Origin: an uncultured archaeon
GTDB lineage: Archaea; Asgardarchaeota; Lokiarchaeia; Sigyniarchaeales; SOKP01
Reading direction: 5' to 3'
Assembly (NCBI GenBank): GCA_964583985.1
Contig: CAZOYD010000001.1
Span: 35,532 to 99,531 of the forward strand
DNA: 64,000 bases
How positions within the stretch are numbered: the stretch's first letter is position 1; each line of letters opens with the position of its first letter. Below the pieces are notes generated by a model. The model saw nothing but the letters and a program-made list of their open reading frames with translations, made no database searches and had not been told where the DNA came from. The position numbers and the translations under genes were made by a program. Below, piece after piece: positions 58,784-64,000 of this stretch.

Positions 58784-59451
58784 TTTATCTTTATTTTTTC
58801 TAAACTTAAGAGTGCCATTTTTTCACAGATTAAATCATTTAGAGCCATGTATAAATTAATTAAATCTTCTTTAGTTGGTTTTGTCGATAAATAACTCAAG
58901 TCGTAAGACTTTAAAATAACAGAAATTTGATTGTCTGATATTTGGAAATAATTTTTAACTCGCTTAAATTTTTCATATTCAAAATTATCCAAGTTTAGAA
59001 TTGAGTGTTTAGCATTTAATTTTTGAAGGATGATTTCATCTATCCATGAAAGCTCTGTTGAAAGGGATATTATGCAATAATTAAGCTCTTTATTTGAAAC
59101 ATTTGTATAATTCAATCCAAAATCCTTTAAACCTTGTTTGATTTGTCTTTTTGATGCTAAGTAAAGAATAAATTCTAAATTTTTTTGATTTGATATGTTT
59201 GTTCCATTATTAAATGCTTTAATTGTAAAATAACAAGCATTAAATACATGTACTGAGTTCAAAGTGAACTCATCGTTAAAAAATTGGATCATAGATCCTT
59301 TTGTTTCGTTTTCGAGATCCTCAACCAATTTAAAGAGATTCTTTGAAGTCAATGAATTTGACCCCATTTGGAGTTTTGAAATACCAAAATTATATTTTAA
59401 ATCGATTTCATTAATTTTAATTGATTTTGTAATCATACTGGAATACTCCAA
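58780..59451 (-). CDS. cgi121: KEOPS complex subunit Cgi121
   Basis: H...A.....AF..G.NIS....LEF.LY.A..RQI......FG; C-terminal EKMALL. Confidence 0.8.
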   Translation of the reverse strand: MEYSSMITKSIKINEIDLKYNFGISKLQMGSNSLTSKNLFKLVEDLENETKGSMIQFFNDEFTLNSVHVFNACYFTIKAFNNGTNISNQKNLEFILYLASKRQIKQGLKDFGLNYTNVSNKELNYCIISLSTELSWIDEIILQKLNAKHSILNLDNFEYEKFKRVKNYFQISDNQISVILKSYDLSYLSTKPTKEDLINLYMALNDLICEKMALLSLEKIKIN

Positions 59452-60200
59452 TTAAACCAGATTGGCATATAATTCAAATTAATCCTTATGAGAATTAAAA
59501 AGAATAGTAAAGCTAATAAATAAAATGTGAAAACCCAATCTTTAGCGTTATATTTAATAGTAAAATAATACGTACGTTTCTGTTCACTCCCAAAAGCTCT
59601 TGATTCCAATGCTTCGGCAACATTAAAAGCCCTTTTTATAGAGCTAATTATTAAAGGGACTAAGAGTGGAAAAAGATTTTTAATTTGATTAATTATACCT
59701 TTCTGTTGCATTTCATAACCCCTGCTTTGTTGCGCATCCATAATATTTTGGGCCTCTATTGCAATAGTAGGAACAAATCTAAATGCTAATGAAAATGAGA
59801 AAGCAAATTCGTATGGAATTTTCATGGAGATTAAAGATAAAGCTAAATCATTTGGATCAACAGTTAAGAAAAATATAGAAAATGCGGATAGCATTATCGA
59901 TATTCTAAGAACCATTGCTATAGCAAAATTCAATGAGAGAAATAACGTATTTAAAAGAATAATGATGATAAAGAGAAACGACATGCCTCTTAAGCTTTTA
60001 AACCATAATTTGAATAATCTACCAATAAGTATGAGAGGTATTAAGCTAACAAATAAGATAAATAAGGGAATTATTTCATTGAACATTAAAGCATTTATTG
60101 TATAAATAATTGCAAACAAGAGTTTAGCACGTGGATCAAGGTTATGTATTAATGTATTTTTCTTGAAAAACCTAAATGCATTTAGAAATTGCAAGGACAA
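59433..60200 (-). CDS. ecfT: ECF transporter transmembrane subunit T
   Basis: LDPR.K, RFVP, AQ.SRG, ALESRAF. Confidence 0.92.
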   Translation of the reverse strand: MSLQFLNAFRFFKKNTLIHNLDPRAKLLFAIIYTINALMFNEIIPLFILFVSLIPLILIGRLFKLWFKSLRGMSFLFIIIILLNTLFLSLNFAIAMVLRISIMLSAFSIFFLTVDPNDLALSLISMKIPYEFAFSFSLAFRFVPTIAIEAQNIMDAQQSRGYEMQQKGIINQIKNLFPLLVPLIISSIKRAFNVAEALESRAFGSEQKRTYYFTIKYNAKDWVFTFYLLALLFFLILIRINLNYMPIWFNWSIPV

Positions 60201-61055
60201 TTATTTCTCCTCCATTTTTTGCAGTTCAAAATAGTTTGATAGGAATTTTACCATATCTGCTTTCATTATAATATTATCAGGAACTTCTAATCCCATACTT
60301 TTCAATCCTAATTTTAATCTAGAGACTTGAGGTAGTATTAAAGAGGACCTATTAACAAGCATTTCATTAGTCAATATTCTATTTGTTGGTCCATCTGCTA
60401 GAATTCTTCCTCCAGTCATTAATACTACTCGAGGAACGTGTTCAAATGCAAATTCTACATTATGTGTAACCATAATTATCGTTTTTTGCTTCCTATACTC
60501 TTTTTCAAGCATATTTAGAAAAATATTAATTTCATTCGCGTCTTGACCGAGAGTTGGTTCATCAAATACCAATATATCTGGATCACGGCACATTATAGAA
60601 GCAAGTGCTAATTTTTTTGATTCACCTCCGGATAAATTCATTGGTGAATGGCTTGCATATCTTTCAAATCCATACTCTTTTAAAATCGTATTAGTTCTCT
60701 GTTCGATTTCATCTTTACTTATATCTAAGCTTTTCAAAGAAAATTTTATTTCTTCTTCTACGGTATTTGAAAATAATTGATGCATTGGATTTTGAAAGAT
60801 TATACCTACTTTTTTTGATAGCGAGCCTATTGTGGACGCGATTATATCTTTCCCTTCAATTAAAACTCTTCCTGAATTAGGTCGTAGTAATCCATTTAAC
60901 ATTCGAATTAAGGTAGTTTTTCCCGCTCCATTTTGTCCCATAATTGCCATCGTTTCTCCTTTGTTTATTTTAAGATTTATCTCCTTTAGTGCTATCGTTC
61001 CATTGGGATAGGAAAAATTCACTCCTTGAAAATAAATTAATGAATTCATATTCAA
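60201..61055 (-). CDS. ecfA: ECF transporter ATPase
   Basis: GQNGAGKT, FQNP..QLF..TV.EE, LSGGE, DEPT.GQD. Confidence 0.92.
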   Translation of the reverse strand: MNMNSLIYFQGVNFSYPNGTIALKEINLKINKGETMAIMGQNGAGKTTLIRMLNGLLRPNSGRVLIEGKDIIASTIGSLSKKVGIIFQNPMHQLFSNTVEEEIKFSLKSLDISKDEIEQRTNTILKEYGFERYASHSPMNLSGGESKKLALASIMCRDPDILVFDEPTLGQDANEINIFLNMLEKEYRKQKTIIMVTHNVEFAFEHVPRVVLMTGGRILADGPTNRILTNEMLVNRSSLILPQVSRLKLGLKSMGLEVPDNIIMKADMVKFLSNYFELQKMEEK

Positions 61056-61888
61056 TCACCATTCTTTTTAGCGCATCTTTTTAATGCTTGTTCAATAGAT
61101 ACGGGGATTAACTTTTGGTCGAAATTCAATTGCTTAAAGATTGAATATATAACCGGTTTATTTATATTTAGGTCATCGAAAACCTCACTACCTATTACTT
61201 TTTCTGTTGAATCATGAATAAGGATACTCCCTCCTTTCATTAATATGATCTCGTCAACTAAGGATATCAGTAAATCTAATCTATGTTCACTAATTAGGAT
61301 GGTAACTTTTTTTTCTTCTTGAATTTTTTTTAATAAATTAATAATTTTCTGAGCAAAGAGGGGGTCTAAACTAGCGGTAGGTTCATCTAAAATGATGAGT
61401 GTTGGCTCTAATGCCAAAATTGATGCAATTGCGACTCTTTGTTGTTCACCCCCGCTCAATTCAAATGGAGCTTTAGATAAAAGATTTTTAATTTCAGTCA
61501 ATTCTACTACTTCTTGGATTCGTTCTTTAATAAGATCAGGGGAAACTCCGAGATTTTCTAATCCAAAAGCAATTTCATGTTCAACATTCATTGTGATTAA
61601 TTGATTCTCAGGGTTTTGAAAAACAATTCCTACTTCAGAAGAGAGAGATGCAATCGGTGTTGATGTTGTATTTCTACCTTTTACCTCAACATTTCCTTTA
61701 TAATGACCTGTATAAAATTGCGGAATTAAGCCATTCATACAACGTATTAAGGAAGTTTTCCCTGAACCAGTTTCTCCAGCTAATAAAATAAATTTATCTC
61801 TTTCAATTGATAATTTGATATCATTTAAAGCATAGATCTCATTTCCTTTATACCGAAAATAAAAATTATGAAACTTAACTAAGCTCAT
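61052..61888 (-). CDS. ecfA: ECF transporter ATPase
   Basis: GETGSGKT, FQNPENQ, LSGGEQQR, DEPT..LD, EH. Confidence 0.92.
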   Translation of the reverse strand: MSLVKFHNFYFRYKGNEIYALNDIKLSIERDKFILLAGETGSGKTSLIRCMNGLIPQFYTGHYKGNVEVKGRNTTSTPIASLSSEVGIVFQNPENQLITMNVEHEIAFGLENLGVSPDLIKERIQEVVELTEIKNLLSKAPFELSGGEQQRVAIASILALEPTLIILDEPTASLDPLFAQKIINLLKKIQEEKKVTILISEHRLDLLISLVDEIILMKGGSILIHDSTEKVIGSEVFDDLNINKPVIYSIFKQLNFDQKLIPVSIEQALKRCAKKNGD

Positions 61889-61916
61889 CGTGTCAATGGG
61901 TCTATTTTTCTTATAA

Positions 61917-62921
61917 TTATAACGAAAGGTCGTTAATTAAAGTTTGTTTTATTTCATTTATCAATTCATCAAGATTTACATCCGTTTCATCCTTGATGTG
62001 CGCACTAGCTGCCCCATTATGACCACCACCACTACCTCGATATAAATCATTTAAAATTTTGCCAAGATGTAATCTTGTATTTTGGCATACCTCGTTCTTT
62101 GCCCTGCTTGTTATTTTAGTACCTGTATTATCTCTTGAATATACAATACTTACATCAAATCCGACGTTCAAGAGTGTAGATGCAACTGAGGCTCTATAAT
62201 TGCTAACTTGAGTTATTCCAATTAACCAATCTTTTACCCGAATTAATTTTACTCTTTGTAGACCTTTAATTTCAGCAATTTTCTCTGAGATGTCTATATC
62301 TAACTCTAGTAATTTCTTGATTTCTTGAAACTCAATTTTTGGAGTCAGCAATCTTGAGATTAGTTTTATTGAATTATTATTACTATATTTAAAGAAACCC
62401 GTATCTGTTAAAATACCCGAAATGAGAAGAATTTTAGTTTGAGAAGACAATTTTAAAGAAAGATGTTTATAGAACTCAAAGATAATCTCAGATGTGGAAT
62501 AACGAGTATCATCTATTAAATTCAGTGTGGAATTATTTGGATTTAAATTCATGTGATGATCAATGAATATAAACGGAATTTCCAGTTTTGTTATGTCATC
62601 TACTCCATTAATAATAATTTGATCGAAATTATTTGAATCTAATACTATTATTACGTCTATTTGGGAGATATCGAATTCATTGTCCCCGAAGAGATCAATA
62701 TTAGGATATTTCTGAAGGAATTTTGTAATGAAACTCTTTGTTGATTTCGTTATTTTAGAATAAGTTAGATACACTTTTTTATTTGGCCAAATTTGATTAA
62801 GCAAAAATTTGAAAGCTTGAGTTGAGGCGAGAGCGTCATTATCAACTAGATTATGAGTTGTGATTAAAGGCGTTTTATTCTTTAAAAATTGGACTAACCC
62901 ATCAATTTCAGATTTGTACAT
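61917..62921 (-). CDS. DHH-family phosphoesterase (DHH + DHHA1)
   Basis: H...D.DA.AS, LDS, IDHH, GILTDTG, SR, GGGH..AA. Confidence 0.9.
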   Translation of the reverse strand: MYKSEIDGLVQFLKNKTPLITTHNLVDNDALASTQAFKFLLNQIWPNKKVYLTYSKITKSTKSFITKFLQKYPNIDLFGDNEFDISQIDVIIVLDSNNFDQIIINGVDDITKLEIPFIFIDHHMNLNPNNSTLNLIDDTRYSTSEIIFEFYKHLSLKLSSQTKILLISGILTDTGFFKYSNNNSIKLISRLLTPKIEFQEIKKLLELDIDISEKIAEIKGLQRVKLIRVKDWLIGITQVSNYRASVASTLLNVGFDVSIVYSRDNTGTKITSRAKNEVCQNTRLHLGKILNDLYRGSGGGHNGAASAHIKDETDVNLDELINEIKQTLINDLSL

Positions 62922-62937
62922 GAACTATACAAGGAGG

Positions 62938-63309
62938 TTAATTGGTGATTTGCAGATCATTTTGAAGAGATTTTTGCATTGTTTCAAAATTGGTTTTAGT
63001 TCTATTGATATTTTGAGCGAGTGTTTTGGAGCGCATTTCAAGTGTTATTTTTAGAGATTTTTTTTCATCAAGGAGCTTATTTCTTTCACTTTTAACCATT
63101 ATTCCCCCAATACTTTTATATACTATAGTAGTTGGCTCAGCTTTTTCTAATTCCTCTATTGCGAGTGTTGCTTCACTTAATGAGGTTTCATTCTGTAATT
63201 GTTGTTGAGTTAAAATTTCCAAATTCCGACTTAAGTTATTTAAATCTTGGATTTTTTTTTTAGTAGCTTCATCTAATTGGTCAAAATTTATCGTCATATG
63301 AAATATCAC
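62938..63309 (-). CDS. pfdB: Prefoldin beta subunit
   Basis: Coiled coils flanking the hairpin VYKSIGGIMVK; conserved position after Pcc1. Confidence 0.9.
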   Translation of the reverse strand: MIFHMTINFDQLDEATKKKIQDLNNLSRNLEILTQQQLQNETSLSEATLAIEELEKAEPTTIVYKSIGGIMVKSERNKLLDEKKSLKITLEMRSKTLAQNINRTKTNFETMQKSLQNDLQITN

Positions 63310-63371
63310 TTATAATAATTATAATTGAAAAAATGTGACTAACAATTTGAAATTTACTACTTTAAAATTTG

Positions 63372-63641
63372 TTATACAAGCCTAAAAATTTCTAAAGTAT
63401 GATCAAAAATCCTAAAATTGTTTATTATTTCATTAATAGATGCTCGAAAAGCAGTAATATCGATGCTTTTAATATTGAAGGTCAACGAATTACTTTTTTT
63501 TTCCATTGTTATTGTTGAACGTGGGGACTTTTTTGTGTTGAAATCTGGTAAAAATGATTGATAAGCGACATCACATAAATTAGAGTTAGAAAATTTTATA
63601 ATTACTTGGGATTCAATAGAAAATATTTTTTGATTTTCCAT
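63372..63641 (-). CDS. pcc1: KEOPS complex subunit Pcc1
   Basis: S..PD......RS, I...DITAFRASIN. Confidence 0.85.
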   Translation of the reverse strand: MENQKIFSIESQVIIKFSNSNLCDVAYQSFLPDFNTKKSPRSTITMEKKSNSLTFNIKSIDITAFRASINEIINNFRIFDHTLEIFRLV

Positions 63642-63931
63642 TATTCCTCGATAGCTTCTATTTCTCGTTGCTTACGTTTTGAAATCCTATAAGATTCTGC
63701 TCCACGAGGGGTTTCTGTATAATAAGCGCCCCCTGTGAACGTTGCCCCACACTTTCGACAATGCCAAACTCCCGTTGAGACCCTGTTAATAGATCCAATA
63801 GTTTCACATTTAGGGCAAGATAGTTTTTTACTTTTTTCTTTCTCCATTACTAAACGCCATTTTTTTCTGACATTTGCACCATAACGAGGACCAAAACTAC
63901 CGTCAATAGTTACTTTCTTCTTTTTTGGCAT
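63641..63931 (-). CDS. rpl37ae: 50S ribosomal protein L37ae (eL43)
   Basis: FGPRYG..VRK, CPKC, R.STGVW.C.KC...FTGGAY. Confidence 0.95.
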   Translation of the reverse strand: MPKKKKVTIDGSFGPRYGANVRKKWRLVMEKEKSKKLSCPKCETIGSINRVSTGVWHCRKCGATFTGGAYYTETPRGAESYRISKRKQREIEAIEE

Positions 63932-64000
63932 GTAATCACGTTCATTTACAATTGAAAGTGTAAAATTTTCAAATTTAATACATGTAATTTTTGTTGATAA

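Noticed and set aside
104-63208. Many short antisense or overlapping ORFs in the track (for example 6112-6573, 42299-42784, 52407-52850, 31214-31468, 51068-51256)
   Set aside because: They overlap well-supported genes, mostly on the opposite strand, and have no recognisable motifs; treated as shadow ORFs
1-64000. tRNA, rRNA, CRISPR arrays, transposases, integrases
   Set aside because: No GC-rich structured intergenic segments, regularly spaced repeats or mobile-element ORFs seen by eye; a covariance-model scan was not run

Overview
AT-rich (about 30% GC by eye), gene-dense archaeal chromosome segment. The mix of archaeal information-processing genes (SRP54, aIF5A, Nob1, FEN1, Cdc48, HerA, KEOPS Cgi121/Pcc1, prefoldin beta, eL43) with a Roadblock/LC7 protein, a longin-like protein and a 7-TM orphan points to an Asgard archaeon, most likely Lokiarchaeia (inference). 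It holds about 68 CDS and no rRNA, tRNA, CRISPR array or transposase that I could see. The top finding is an alpha/beta-hydrolase gene (17971-18637, minus) interrupted inside its conserved HPHPxxGG motif by a 31-nt frameshifting insert (18494-18524). The insert folds into a bulge-helix-bulge (BHB) motif, and cutting at the canonical tRNA-splicing-endonuclease positions restores the frame and the motif exactly, making it a candidate endonuclease-spliced mRNA intron. The second finding is an unusual ABC importer locus (4340-13064): an unannotated 37-aa membrane peptide, a vWA-associated-type binding protein, a fused double permease and two ATPases with complementary degenerate motifs (one intact and one degenerate ATP site), followed by three DUF47/PhoU-like genes and a PiT transporter with an altered second signature. 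Other points of interest are a kinase / TM-SCP2 / dehydrogenase-aldolase fusion cluster, a 7-TM plus longin pair, an orphan nucleotidyltransferase-like protein next to a glutaredoxin, and possible non-canonical start codons. All family assignments come from motif recognition; no database searches were run.
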